Shown: positions 17,307 to 27,544, numbered from the stretch's first letter. The stretch: DNA of 64,000 bases from an uncultured Acidobacteriaceae bacterium (GCA_963750245.1 CAVVQB010000009.1:160-64159); one strand, 5' to 3'. A program made the numbers and translations. The notes: generated by a model not told the origin, from the sequence alone.

Positions 17307-18200
17307 GTGCGACGCCTGATCGTAAATGCCGATGATTTTGGCTTCACTCGGGGAGTGAACCGCGCGATCGTCGAGGCTCACACCCACGGAATCGTAACTT
17401 CTTCCACCCTCATGGCCAGTGGGCCGGCCTTCGACGATGCCGTGCAATTGGCAAAGCAACTGCCGCGCCTCAGCGTGGGTTGCCATGTTGTATTGATTGA
17501 TGGCGAGCCGGTTCTTGACCCTGTTCGACTGCCCACGCTCACTTCCCGCAATTCCGGCTCCGCCCGTTTCCGCAATGGGCTGAAGGGTTTTGCGGCACGC
17601 GCCTTGGCCGGACGCCTGGACCCAGGGGAGATCGAGGCGGAGACCAGCGCTCAGATTCGCAAGATTCAATCCGCCGGAATCAACGTGTCTCATCTCGATT
17701 CCCACAAACACACTCATTTATTCCCGAGAGTGTTGCGGCCTATGCTGCGCGCCGCTGGCGCCTGCGGAATTCGTGCGATTCGTAATCCGTTTGGCCCACG
17801 CCAACCGCTGAGATCTGCCGAACTGCTGGCGAGGCCGAGTATCTGGACGCGTTATGCGGAGGTGCGAATTCTGCGTGCGCTTGCCGGCAAGTTTTGGGAT
17901 GCAGTCAGGCGTGAGGGCATGGAAACTCCGGATGGCACGCTGGGCATCGTCGTGACCGGCACACTGGATGAGAAGCTTTTTCGATCCATTGCGGCCATCA
18001 TCCCGGAGGGCACTTGGGAGTTTGTTTGCCATCCGGGCTACAATGATGCGGACCTGGAGCGGGCTAACACTCGCCTGCGCGGGTCACGAGAAATTGAGTT
18101 GCGCGTTTTAACCAGGCCCGAGGTTCGGGAGTTGTTGTCGGACTGTGGCATTTCGCTGATTTCATATCGCGAGCTGCTCTCGACCGCGGCAGGCTCGTAG
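17307..18200 (+). CDS. ChbG/YdjC/HpnK-family carbohydrate deacetylase
   Basis: 'RRLIVNADDFGFTRGVNRAIVEAHTHGIVTSSTLMA' and 'SHLDSHKHTH' are YdjC family hallmarks. GTG start. Confidence 0.8.
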   Translation: MRRLIVNADDFGFTRGVNRAIVEAHTHGIVTSSTLMASGPAFDDAVQLAKQLPRLSVGCHVVLIDGEPVLDPVRLPTLTSRNSGSARFRNGLKGFAARALAGRLDPGEIEAETSAQIRKIQSAGINVSHLDSHKHTHLFPRVLRPMLRAAGACGIRAIRNPFGPRQPLRSAELLARPSIWTRYAEVRILRALAGKFWDAVRREGMETPDGTLGIVVTGTLDEKLFRSIAAIIPEGTWEFVCHPGYNDADLERANTRLRGSREIELRVLTRPEVRELLSDCGISLISYRELLSTAAGS

Positions 18201-18336
18201 TTATTTGGTGTTTTGATGGTTTGGACCAGGTCGCGGCATCTACTCGCGATGACCTTGGTAACCTCAGGAAGTTCTGGCCGGAGGTTATCATTGCGTTAGA
18301 TCCGGCTCAGAAACTGTCAGCTGGGAGGCGTTAATC

Positions 18337-19014
18337 ATGTCTGCCTCAGGGGCAGCCCCGCGTGCGACGTTGGACTTGCGCGTACGTGTGTGGGGAATGG
18401 GCGCCGACAACCAACCGTTCCACCAGAACGCCAATGCACAGAATGTTAGCGTAACCGGAGCCTGCATTTACGGCCTCGAGCATGAGTTAAAGGTCGGGGA
18501 CGTCATCGGTGTTCAGTACGAGACCAAAAAAGCCCGCTGCAGAGTGATCTGGGTAATGGAAGCCGGCGGAGTCAAGAAAACTCAGATTGGAGTTCAGTTA
18601 GTCGCCGATCAGGAGTGTCCGTGGCTTTCCCAATTGCCCGCGGAAGTGGTGTCTAACCTGCCGGCGCCCACTCCTGACAATCGTAGGAAGTTTCAACGCC
18701 ACAGAATTTCCTTTCCTCTCGAATTCCGCGACGAGCGCGTGAACACGCCCATGCGGGTGAACGCAACAGACATCAGCGGCAACGGCTGTTATGTTGAGAC
18801 GGCTATGCCGTTGCTAATCTCTACCGTGCTGCGGGTGGATTTCTGGATCGATCAGGAGCACGTTACCGCTTCTGCGACGGTTCGCACTCGCGATCCTGGA
18901 GTCGGCATGGGGATCGAATTCACCGGACTACCCGAAGACTCCAAGCGTCGATTTCAGGCGCATCTCGACAAGATCGATCCGGGCATTTCCATGAAGGGAC
19001 GCGGCGCTTCCTAG
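18337..19014 (+). CDS. Tandem PilZ-domain protein (N-terminal domain degenerate, C-terminal domain canonical)
   Basis: The C-terminal half has 'RRKFQRHR' (RxxxR) and 'DISGNG' (DxSxxG). The N-terminal half keeps 'NVSVTGA' but lacks a clean RxxxR. GGGAGG lies 8 nt before the ATG. Confidence 0.75.
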   Translation: MSASGAAPRATLDLRVRVWGMGADNQPFHQNANAQNVSVTGACIYGLEHELKVGDVIGVQYETKKARCRVIWVMEAGGVKKTQIGVQLVADQECPWLSQLPAEVVSNLPAPTPDNRRKFQRHRISFPLEFRDERVNTPMRVNATDISGNGCYVETAMPLLISTVLRVDFWIDQEHVTASATVRTRDPGVGMGIEFTGLPEDSKRRFQAHLDKIDPGISMKGRGAS

Positions 19015-19141
19015 TAGTCCGTCGTATCCATCTGCCTTCTGCCGAACAAACGAGTTCCCTGTAGAATCTGCATCGTACAATCTTTTCGACCATCGAATGA
19101 CAAAGCCTCATGTGAAGCCCAATGAGGGCGGAGCTCGCGAA

Positions 19142-20284
19142 ATGAAGATCGGGATCACCTGTTATCCCACTTATGGGGGCAGCGGCGTTGTAGCTACGGA
19201 ACTCGGACTGGAGTTGGCTCAACGCGGGCACGAGATTCATTTCATCTCTTACGCCCAGCCGATCCGGCTTCGCGGCGAGGAACCCAACATTCATTATCAC
19301 GAAGTGGAAGTGTCTCGCTATCCGCTTTTCGATTATCCCCCCTACGATTTGGCGCTGGCTACGCGCATGGCCGAAGTCTCGCAGTTGTATGATCTGGACC
19401 TTCTGCATGTGCATTACGCCATTCCACATTCGGTGAGCGCGCTGCTGGCGCGGCAGATGCTGGCCGATGGTCCGCGCGGCCGCCGCTTGCCGTTCGTCAC
19501 CACTCTGCATGGCACCGATATCACGCTGGTCGGACTGGACCGGTCTTATTTGCCCATCACCCGCTATTCCATCAACCAGAGCGATGGGGTCACAGCTGTT
19601 TCCAATTACCTGCGCGACCGCACCATGCGGGTGTTCGACGTGAAGAAAGAGATTGAAGTCATTTACAACTCCGTCAATTGCGACGTGTACTGTCGATCCA
19701 GTAACTCTTCCGAACTGCGCGCGGAATATGCGCCGAATGGTGAACGGCTGCTGGTGCATCTTTCCAATTTTCGTCCGGTAAAGCGCGTGACCGATGTGAT
19801 CGAGATCTTTGATCGCGTGCGCAAGAAAATCCCTTCGAAGTTATTACTGATTGGCGACGGTCCGGACCGATCGGTAGCGGAATGGCTGGCGGTACAAAAA
19901 GGAATCCATGAGGATGTTCTCTTTCTCGGCAAGCAGGATCAGGTGCAGGAAAAGCTCGGGATCGCAGACATCCTACTGATGCCGAGCGAACTGGAATCTT
20001 TCGGACTGGCCGCGCTGGAGGCGATGGCCTGCGAGACCGTGCCGATCGCCACGCGGACCGGGGGCGTGCCGGAAGTGATCGAACATGGAGTGAGCGGTTA
20101 TCTCGCGGACGTGGGGGACGTGGATACGATGGCGCGCTATGCGATCGAACTTCTGAATGATGAGAGTGCGCTGGGTGCCATGCGCAAGGCGGCGCGCGCG
20201 GTGGCACAGGCGCGTTTCTGCTCCAGCAGGATCGTTCCGCAATACGAAGCGTACTACCGGCGCATCGTGGAACGCTCGTCGTAA
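19142..20284 (+). CDS. bshA: N-acetyl-alpha-D-glucosaminyl L-malate synthase (GT4), first step of bacillithiol synthesis
   Basis: 'MKIGITCYPTYGGSGVVATELGLELAQRGHEIHFISY' closely matches the BshA N-terminus. GT4 C-terminal 'LLMPSELESFGLAALEAMAC'. The ORF is open from 19097. Confidence 0.85.
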   Translation: MKIGITCYPTYGGSGVVATELGLELAQRGHEIHFISYAQPIRLRGEEPNIHYHEVEVSRYPLFDYPPYDLALATRMAEVSQLYDLDLLHVHYAIPHSVSALLARQMLADGPRGRRLPFVTTLHGTDITLVGLDRSYLPITRYSINQSDGVTAVSNYLRDRTMRVFDVKKEIEVIYNSVNCDVYCRSSNSSELRAEYAPNGERLLVHLSNFRPVKRVTDVIEIFDRVRKKIPSKLLLIGDGPDRSVAEWLAVQKGIHEDVLFLGKQDQVQEKLGIADILLMPSELESFGLAALEAMACETVPIATRTGGVPEVIEHGVSGYLADVGDVDTMARYAIELLNDESALGAMRKAARAVAQARFCSSRIVPQYEAYYRRIVERSS

Positions 20285-21603
20285 AAGCCTTCGGGCACGG
20301 CTCCCGCCGTCTGCAGAAGCGGCAAGCGAATCCGCACCAGCGTTCCCTTGCCTTCGTGGCTGTCGACGGTCAACCGCGCCGTATCTCCATACAACACCTG
20401 AAGCCGCTCCGAAACGTTGGCCATGCCAATACCGGCGCCGCGACCGTTGCCGGACTCTGGCGTCTGGGTCGCCGCTATTCCGACTCCGTCGTCTTCCACC
20501 TCAATCACCAGTCTTGAATCCGAGAGACGGCTGCGGAGGAAGATGCTTCCACCTTCCACCTTCGAGGCGAGCCCGTGCTTGATCGAGTTCTCGACTAATG
20601 GCTGCAACAGCATGCTGGGAACCATGACGTCGAGCGATTCGGGCGCAAGTTCCTTTACCACACGCAGCTTGTCTTTGCCAAAGCGGACTACCTCGATGTC
20701 GAGATAGTTGTCAATAAACTCTACTTCTTCGCGGAGAGGCACGAAGGAATCCGCGCTGCTGAGCAGGCGGCGAAGGATGGTAGCCAGTTTGGAAATCACT
20801 TCGCGGGCCGTATCCGGATCGAAACGCACGAGCGAGGAAATCGAGTTCAGGGTGTTGAAGAGGAAGTGTGGATTGATCTGATTCTGCAGCGCCTCCATGC
20901 GCGCATGCAAAAGCAAGCGTTCCTGCTCTTCCAGCTTGATCTGAATGCGCACGCTGTTGAAGATCTTGAGCTCGATCCCAATCGCCATCGCCGAGGCGGC
21001 ATAGATGGCAACCTCGACCCAAAGGTTGCTGCTATCCATGCTGAAGATCGAATGCGAAAAATATCGCGCCATCTCCGTTTGCACGAAACGCAGACCGATG
21101 ATCGTGGTGAAGAACATGATCTGCCAGTCGAACAGACGCGGGGTTGGCAGATTGCGGCGAATCAGGCGATAAATGCTGAGATCGATGAACGGGGAGAACG
21201 ACCAGATATCGTCCTTATCCAGGGCCATGGCGCGCAACTGGCCGGCGATGAAACCACAGAGTATTCCGAAGGGAAGCGTCGCCCATTCGCCGTGCACGAG
21301 TGCGGGCAGAGACATAAGCACTCCGCCTAAAACTCCGGACCAGCGTCCGCCGATCACGCCCAGCAGCAGTGCGGTTTCGAAGCCCAAGTCTCCGGCCACG
21401 AAGCTGTTCACGGAGAATCGAATCCAGGCGCCGACCATGATCGGCAAGCTGAACCACGCGACCAGATAAGTCTTCTGAAGTAAGGAACGCTCTTCCCGAA
21501 AAAGTAGAGACTTAAAGGCGACGGAACGGACCAGGCTGCTCGACACAGCGGCAGCTACGCCTAACTTCACCAGCAGATTGATCCAGATGAGACGCGGTTC
21601 CAT
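20254..21603 (-). CDS. LytS/YehU-type sensor histidine kinase (multi-TM sensor, His_kinase and HATPase_c domains)
   Basis: 'QINPHFLFNTLNSISSLVRFDP' is the LytS-class H-box. 'VEDDGVGI' and 'GAGIGMANVSERL' are ATPase motifs. There are ~6 N-terminal TM helices. Confidence 0.85.
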   Translation of the reverse strand: MEPRLIWINLLVKLGVAAAVSSSLVRSVAFKSLLFREERSLLQKTYLVAWFSLPIMVGAWIRFSVNSFVAGDLGFETALLLGVIGGRWSGVLGGVLMSLPALVHGEWATLPFGILCGFIAGQLRAMALDKDDIWSFSPFIDLSIYRLIRRNLPTPRLFDWQIMFFTTIIGLRFVQTEMARYFSHSIFSMDSSNLWVEVAIYAASAMAIGIELKIFNSVRIQIKLEEQERLLLHARMEALQNQINPHFLFNTLNSISSLVRFDPDTAREVISKLATILRRLLSSADSFVPLREEVEFIDNYLDIEVVRFGKDKLRVVKELAPESLDVMVPSMLLQPLVENSIKHGLASKVEGGSIFLRSRLSDSRLVIEVEDDGVGIAATQTPESGNGRGAGIGMANVSERLQVLYGDTARLTVDSHEGKGTLVRIRLPLLQTAGAVPEGFYDERSTMRR

Positions 21604-21649
21604 GGTTTACGAAAGACTAGCACGAACAACATCGGGTCATCGATGAAGA

Positions 21650-23260
21650 TCAGCCGATTTTGCGAACGCGCAGGTCGCTTCCGGTCATCTCTTTCGGTTC
21701 ATCCATTCCTAGCATCGCGAGGATTGTTGGCGAAATATCGCGCAATGAGCCGTTGGGCTTTAGCGTGTACTGCTTCGCGTCTTCAGAGACGACGATGAAG
21801 GGAACGGGATTGGTGGTGTGTGCCGTGTGCGGACCGCCGGTGGCGGGGTCGATCATCATCTCGGCGTTCCCGTGATCGGCTGTGATCAACATCGCACCGC
21901 CTTTTGCACGAACGGCGGACTCAATTCGGCCGAGACAGGCATCGACCGTTTCGACGGCTTTCACTGTCGGCTCAATCTTGCCCGAATGCCCAACCATATC
22001 GGCGTTGGCGAAGTTCACGATGATCACGTCGAACGTTCCCTCTTCCGTGGCTTTCACGACTGCATCAGCAATGCCAGCGGCGCTCATCTCCGGCTTCAGA
22101 TCGTACGTCGCAACCTTTTGCGAAGGTACGAGTACGCGCTCTTCCCCGGGGAATGGCTGCTCTACTCCGCCGTTGAAAAAATATGTGACGTGAGCGTATT
22201 TCTCCGTCTCGGCGACGCGCAGGTTGCGCATCTTCTGATTGCCCATCACATTGGCGAGGATGTTAGCCATTGATTCCGGCGGAATCACGACCGGCAGGCT
22301 GAAATTTTTGTCGTACTGCGTCATGCAGATGTAATGGAGATTTTTCGGCACGCGATCGCGGGGAATGGTGGCATCGAGATCGGTGGCGCCGGGAAGATCG
22401 CTGCCGCCCGTCGCATTCAAGCCGCTATTGCGCGCCAGCGCGCGCGTGATCTGGCGGACGCGGTCGGCGCGAAAATTGAAGCAGATGCAGGCGTCCTCGT
22501 CGCGAATGGTCGCTAGCGGCTGGCCGCTTTTGTCGGTGCACACGAACGGAATCACGAATTCGTCGGTGACACCGCGGTTGTAGGAATTCTTCATCCCTTG
22601 CACCGGGTCGGTGGTCTTGCCTCCTTCGGCGTCGGCGAAGACCATGGCGTTGTAGGCCTTGGCGATTCGCTCCCAGCGGCGGTCCCGATCCATGGCGTAG
22701 TAGCGGCCGTTGATGGTGGCGATCTTGCCGGAGTTGTACTCGCGCATCTTCTGATGGAGCTGCTCGATGTATCCGGCGCCGTTGGTAGGCAGCGTGTCGC
22801 GGCCATCCATGAAGGCATGAACATAGACTCGATCGACACCGTTCTGCTTCGCCATCTTGAGCAGCGCATAGAGATGAGCTTGCTGCGAGTGGACACCGCC
22901 GTCGGAAAGGAGACCGAAGAGATGCAGCTTTCGTTCGCCCACTCGCGCGTGCCTCATGGCCCCGAGCAGAACGGGGTGGGAGAAGAATTCACCGTTCTGG
23001 ATCATCAGGTCGATGCGGGTGATGTCCATGTGCACGATGCGGCCGGCGCCGATGTTGAGGTGGCCCACCTCGCTGTTGCCCATCTGGCCTTCGGGCAGTC
23101 CAACAAAAGGCCCGCTGGTCTGGATCAGCGTGTTGGGATAGTCACGCAGCAGATGATCGTAAACAGGCTTGCGGGCGAGAGCGATGGCGTTGGCCTTGGT
23201 TTCGGCTCGGTAACCCCAGCCGTCGAGAATGATCAGAATGAGCGGTTTTGGACGGGACAT
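21650..23260 (-). CDS. gpmI: 2,3-bisphosphoglycerate-independent phosphoglycerate mutase
   Basis: '[14 protein letters not shown]', '[15 protein letters not shown]' and 'ITADHGNAE'. 536 aa. Confidence 0.93.
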   Translation of the reverse strand: MSRPKPLILIILDGWGYRAETKANAIALARKPVYDHLLRDYPNTLIQTSGPFVGLPEGQMGNSEVGHLNIGAGRIVHMDITRIDLMIQNGEFFSHPVLLGAMRHARVGERKLHLFGLLSDGGVHSQQAHLYALLKMAKQNGVDRVYVHAFMDGRDTLPTNGAGYIEQLHQKMREYNSGKIATINGRYYAMDRDRRWERIAKAYNAMVFADAEGGKTTDPVQGMKNSYNRGVTDEFVIPFVCTDKSGQPLATIRDEDACICFNFRADRVRQITRALARNSGLNATGGSDLPGATDLDATIPRDRVPKNLHYICMTQYDKNFSLPVVIPPESMANILANVMGNQKMRNLRVAETEKYAHVTYFFNGGVEQPFPGEERVLVPSQKVATYDLKPEMSAAGIADAVVKATEEGTFDVIIVNFANADMVGHSGKIEPTVKAVETVDACLGRIESAVRAKGGAMLITADHGNAEMMIDPATGGPHTAHTTNPVPFIVVSEDAKQYTLKPNGSLRDISPTILAMLGMDEPKEMTGSDLRVRKIG

Positions 23261-23287
23261 GATGGTGGCTTCTTGCTCCTGATTGCG

Positions 23288-23308
23288 GCTTCTAGCTTCT
23301 GGCTTCCG
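23288..23308. repeat. Three tandem heptamers GCTTCTA GCTTCTG GCTTCCG in the gpmI upstream region
   Basis: Read directly. Degenerate copies lie at 23267-23280. GGTGGCTTC also occurs twice (23265-23273 and 23327-23335). Confidence 0.6.
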
Positions 23309-23616
23309 GGAAATCGAGATGGATTTGGTGGCTTCCCGATTCGGGAAAATGGCTATTTACTATTTAGTTATCGGGGGTGGGGTACCCCCCTCCCCCGGTC
23401 TATTGGAATCTTCATGGTAGCGTGAAAATTACGAAAAATCTTAGGGCTGCAATAACTTGCGGGCAAAATATTGAGACTGAAAGACTTATGATCTCCCGCG
23501 AGTAACGGGTGCAGAATTGCCTCCGCGAATATCTTCTGCCCTTGAGGCTGTGGGGCACAAGGTTATACGTCACAGAGGAGGGTTATTAGACTGAGATCGA
23601 CTATCACTCTCGAGGA

Positions 23617-24606
23617 TCAAGCCCAGAGTCCGGTTTCCTGGCGCAATCTGGCGATGTCCCGGGTGGGCGCACTCCCGAAGAAGCGGCTGTATTCCCGGCT
23701 GAATTGGGAGGCGCTCAGGTAGCCCACGCGCTGACTCGCAGTACCCGCATCCATCACGGTGGATAACATGAGGCGCCTTGCCTCCTGCAGGCGCAGCACC
23801 TTTTGGTAGTGCAGCGGGCTCATCGAAGTGACGGACTTAAAGTGCTCGTGGAAAGAGGAGACACTCATGTGCACCAGTTCGGCCAAATCCTCGACCTTCA
23901 TGGGTTGAGAGAAGTTGGCGCGCAGCCAGGAGATGGCCTTCGCGACCCGGTGTACGCTGGACTCGGCAAAGCCCATTTGCGCCACCCGAACACCGATGGG
24001 GCTGCGCAGGAGGCGGATTAAAATCTCGTCGATCACAAGGGGCGCGAGCAGCTCGGCGTCCCCGGGCTGTGCCAGACATTCCATAAACCTGGTCGCGGCG
24101 TTGATCACGCTCGCGTCGACCGGAGTCACATAAACGGCACTTCTGTCTTGAGCGGGAGGCAGGCCGTGCGGAAAAACCTTTAATACGAGTTCGGCAATCC
24201 TGTGAGGATCGAGGTCCAGCTTGAGGGAAAGGTAGGGCGCGGAATGGCTGGCTTGCGTGACTTGAGCAGCGACGGGTAGCGCCACCGAGAACACGATCAT
24301 GCGCGACGCGTTGTACTCGAAGACCTCATCGCCGACGATGACAGTCTTCACTCCCTGGGCGGCGATGCACAACGAGGGCAAGCGGAGGGTGTGCACGCAC
24401 TCCTTGTTTGCCCGTGAAAAGCGATTCGCATGTACGCCGGGGACGCGCAGCTCGAAACTGCCGTCGTGGGGGGCATAGGCGGAGATCAGGCGGGCCAAGT
24501 TGGCCGTGTCGGGTTCGTTTGCGTTTGCTCCGTTGCTTGTCTTCCGCAAAGGCACCACTCTGCCGTTGGTTCTTACAGATTCGAGATTGCTCAGCTTTGT
24601 AATCAT
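23617..24606 (-). CDS. AraC-family transcriptional regulator (AraC_N-type N-terminal domain)
   Basis: C-terminal HTH '[40 protein letters not shown]...[17 protein letters not shown]'. Confidence 0.85.
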   Translation of the reverse strand: MITKLSNLESVRTNGRVVPLRKTSNGANANEPDTANLARLISAYAPHDGSFELRVPGVHANRFSRANKECVHTLRLPSLCIAAQGVKTVIVGDEVFEYNASRMIVFSVALPVAAQVTQASHSAPYLSLKLDLDPHRIAELVLKVFPHGLPPAQDRSAVYVTPVDASVINAATRFMECLAQPGDAELLAPLVIDEILIRLLRSPIGVRVAQMGFAESSVHRVAKAISWLRANFSQPMKVEDLAELVHMSVSSFHEHFKSVTSMSPLHYQKVLRLQEARRLMLSTVMDAGTASQRVGYLSASQFSREYSRFFGSAPTRDIARLRQETGLWA

Positions 24607-24664
24607 AATCGCGGTTTCGAGCGCAGGTTAGCCAGGTTTTCCTGACAGTAAGCAGGGCGCTTGG

Positions 24665-27019
24665 TTAAGTTTTCAAAACTGCCTGCACGTAAGCGGGTTT
24701 CATCGGAAGCCGCCGCATGATTTTTCCGGTTGCGTCGTAGAGAGCCGCAGCGATCGCCGGCGCAGCCAGCGCATTGGCCGCTTCCGAACCGCCGCCGTAA
24801 GCCCCAACTTTTGGATTGTTGAGCAGGACGACTTTGATCTCGGGTATGTCCGACATGGTCGGGATGGGATAGCTTGTCCAGTCATCCGTGGTGATGCCGC
24901 TCTCGTCGAACATCACCTCTTCGAACAACGCGTGGCCGATTCCCATGACCGCACCGCCTTCGACGTTGCGCTTCAATTGCATCGGGTTCACGACAATGCC
25001 GGGATCGACCGCGATGGCGTACTTCTCCACGACGATTGCACCAGTACTGGGAGTAACGGCGATCTGGCAAACGCAGGCCCAATAGGTTCCACTGCGCAAC
25101 ATCAGCGAAACTCCGCGGCCCCGCACGGGAGTGGATCCGGTGGAGACAGCATCGGCACGCGGTGAGGGGCGGGGGTCCCAGCCGGATGCGTCCCGCACTG
25201 CTTTCAGCACACCGATGGCGCGCTCTTCGCTGGCGTGGTCGATGCGGAACTGGATGGCGTCCGCGCCTGCGAGGGCGGCGGCCTCGCTGATCGCGAGTTC
25301 GCGCGGATAGTTCTGCTGGAACTGCCCGGGCGTACGCATGCTGTGGTCGCGGAGACCGACGGCGATGGGCGATGCTTTCTGTCCCACCTGGAATGTGCCA
25401 TGGCCGCGCTCCAGCAGATTGGGAACGGGAGCATAGACCCAGGGATCTTCCATACCGTTGACCGTGGAAGTTACACCGTCGGAATGCACCTCGGGCGCCG
25501 GCATGGTGGGAAGACCCGCAAGGACTGCGCCGATTGGCCGATCGTCCTGCATAGCCGGCATGTAGTGGTCGATTTGATACGCGGCCATTTTGCCTTTCTC
25601 ATCGATGGCGAGCTGAACGTCGGAGAAAGCCGCCGCCGATTGCGTGGACCACTGCATATCGTCGGCGCGCATCCACTGCACGCGCACCGGCTTGCCGACG
25701 GCCTGTGACAAGAGCACCGCCTCGTCTTCGGCGCCTGCGTTTCCGCCGTTGGACCTGCCGTAATGACCGGGCCCGGGATAGGAATGCACGATGACATGGT
25801 CCGGCGTGGTGCGAAGCATCATGGCGATCTCGCCGCGAAGCGCCTGTGGATTCTGGTTATGCGTATAGATGTGCATGGTGCCATCCGGCTTGACGTCGGC
25901 AACAGCCATGGTCGGGCCAATCGGGGCATGCTTCATATAGGACAACTGATAGGTGGCGGAAAGCTTCTTGTTGGCCGACGCGAGAACGGGACCCACATCG
26001 CCTTTGGAATCCTTGCTCTTCTCGACGGGCGCGGAGGTCCAATCCGCCTCCTCGCGAAGGTGCTGGTAGAGTTTTGCGTTGCCAGGCAGACCTTTCCACT
26101 CGGTCCACTTCGTGCCGCTGGCTACCTGATCGGCGGCCTGGATCGCTTCCCACTCCGTGGGCGCGACCACTCCGACGAGATTGCCCTTGACGATGACCTG
26201 CGAATTCGGAAACTTGGTTTTGTCCAGTACACCGGCAGAGACAAGGGTCGAGCCGAGCGTCTTGGGATGCACCACGCGGGCGTGCAACATGCCGGGCAGG
26301 CGTACATCGGTCGCCCAGGTCTCCTTGGCGGCAACTTTCGAACTGATGATCGAGTTCTTGAACGATTTGCCGATGACCGTGTACTCGCTGACGGGCTTCA
26401 TCGGCGGATCGCCCTCGATGGTTAATCCGAAGATGCTGGTAAGTTCTCCCTTGACGGGGATGGTGAGCTTTAACTGCTGGTTCTTGACGAGGTCGCCGTA
26501 GGAGATGCTCTTGCCGCCGCCCGAGACGATGCCGTCTTTAACGGAAAGCTTGTCTTTTGGCACGCCGAGTTTTTCTGAAGCGAGATCGAGCAGAGCCTGA
26601 TAGGTATAGGCGGCGGCCTTGCGGATATTCGGCGTTCCATGTCCGAGAAAATCGAAGGCGCCGCTGCCGTCGGGCGTGAGATCGGTATCTCCGGCCACGA
26701 CCGTGGTGATCGCCTCGAAAGGCACGCTTAATTCATCGGCGACAATCTGGCGGTAGGCTGTGAAGGTTGTGCCCTGGCCGAAGTCGCTTTTGCCGGTGCG
26801 AATCAGGACGGTGTTGTCCGGGTGAATCTCGATCCAGGAACTGGGAAGCGTGGGATCGAGCGAGTTCTTCAACGTGGCCGGCTTTGGCGAATCACCCTTC
26901 AGCACGTCCGGGCCAATGAGGCTGAATCCGACGACGAGGGCGCCACCCGCTTTCACGAATTGACGGCGCGATAACGTCGGTCCGAAAACAGTCCCTGTTT
27001 TTTCGCTCATGGTTGCCAT
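24665..27019 (-). CDS. Molybdopterin-binding subunit of a xanthine dehydrogenase-family oxidoreductase (IorB / aldehyde oxidoreductase-like), Tat-exported
   Basis: Tat motif 'SRRQFVKAGGALVVG'. 784 aa. Immediately downstream of a 2Fe-2S subunit gene. Confidence 0.8.
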   Translation of the reverse strand: MATMSEKTGTVFGPTLSRRQFVKAGGALVVGFSLIGPDVLKGDSPKPATLKNSLDPTLPSSWIEIHPDNTVLIRTGKSDFGQGTTFTAYRQIVADELSVPFEAITTVVAGDTDLTPDGSGAFDFLGHGTPNIRKAAAYTYQALLDLASEKLGVPKDKLSVKDGIVSGGGKSISYGDLVKNQQLKLTIPVKGELTSIFGLTIEGDPPMKPVSEYTVIGKSFKNSIISSKVAAKETWATDVRLPGMLHARVVHPKTLGSTLVSAGVLDKTKFPNSQVIVKGNLVGVVAPTEWEAIQAADQVASGTKWTEWKGLPGNAKLYQHLREEADWTSAPVEKSKDSKGDVGPVLASANKKLSATYQLSYMKHAPIGPTMAVADVKPDGTMHIYTHNQNPQALRGEIAMMLRTTPDHVIVHSYPGPGHYGRSNGGNAGAEDEAVLLSQAVGKPVRVQWMRADDMQWSTQSAAAFSDVQLAIDEKGKMAAYQIDHYMPAMQDDRPIGAVLAGLPTMPAPEVHSDGVTSTVNGMEDPWVYAPVPNLLERGHGTFQVGQKASPIAVGLRDHSMRTPGQFQQNYPRELAISEAAALAGADAIQFRIDHASEERAIGVLKAVRDASGWDPRPSPRADAVSTGSTPVRGRGVSLMLRSGTYWACVCQIAVTPSTGAIVVEKYAIAVDPGIVVNPMQLKRNVEGGAVMGIGHALFEEVMFDESGITTDDWTSYPIPTMSDIPEIKVVLLNNPKVGAYGGGSEAANALAAPAIAAALYDATGKIMRRLPMKPAYVQAVLKT

Positions 27020-27022
27020 CGC

Positions 27023-27544
27023 TTATCTCCCCTTCGCCATGATGGTGGCGGCATGTTGCACGGCTTCAATGATGGCCACGTAGGTTCCGCAGCGGCAGAG
27101 ATTCGGCGACGGCCCGGAAGTGGTGAAGGCTTCTTTGATCTGCGCCAGGGTGGGATGAGGATTGCTTTCGAGCAGTTCAGTGGCCTTGATCATCATCCCG
27201 TTCTGGCAGAACCCACACTGTGGAGTCTGCTCCTCGATCCAGGCTTGCTGCACCGGGTGAAGCGTGCTTTTCGCTTCCGGCGTGGAGAGACCCTTTTGCT
27301 TTGCCCATCTCGCGGGTAGACCTTCGAGCGTGGTGATCTCCTGGTTCGCGACGCTCGCGACGGGAGTAACGCACGAGCGGGCTTCTTTGCCGTCGACCAG
27401 AACGGCGCAGGCTCCGCACTGTGCCAGTCCGCAGCCGAACTGCGGGCCGATCAACTGGAGATCGTTGCGCAATACGTAGAGCAGCGGAGTGTCGTCCGGC
27501 GCCTGAACCTCATGCCGGACTCCATTCACATTCAGCGTGACCAT
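27023..27544 (-). CDS. (2Fe-2S)-binding small subunit of the same oxidoreductase (IorA-like)
   Basis: 'GCGLAQCGACAV' and 'QCGFCQNGMM' / 'CRCGTY' are the two [2Fe-2S] cluster motifs. Confidence 0.88.
   Translation of the reverse strand: MVTLNVNGVRHEVQAPDDTPLLYVLRNDLQLIGPQFGCGLAQCGACAVLVDGKEARSCVTPVASVANQEITTLEGLPARWAKQKGLSTPEAKSTLHPVQQAWIEEQTPQCGFCQNGMMIKATELLESNPHPTLAQIKEAFTTSGPSPNLCRCGTYVAIIEAVQHAATIMAKGR

Noticed and set aside
18920-19759. 279-aa minus-strand ORF across the PilZ 3' end and bshA
   Set aside because: It lies opposite a strongly supported bshA and its translation has no family features.
23372-23398. G/C-rich palindrome CGGGGGTGGGGTACCCCCCTCCCCCGG, considered as a terminator or G-quadruplex
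   Set aside because: No U/T tract follows on either strand, and it lies more than 200 nt from the AraC gene stop. There are only two G-runs per strand, so a canonical G4 is impossible. It is kept only as part of the gpmI-upstream observation.
22598-23425. 275-aa plus-strand ORF opposite gpmI
   Set aside because: It is antisense to an unambiguous gpmI.
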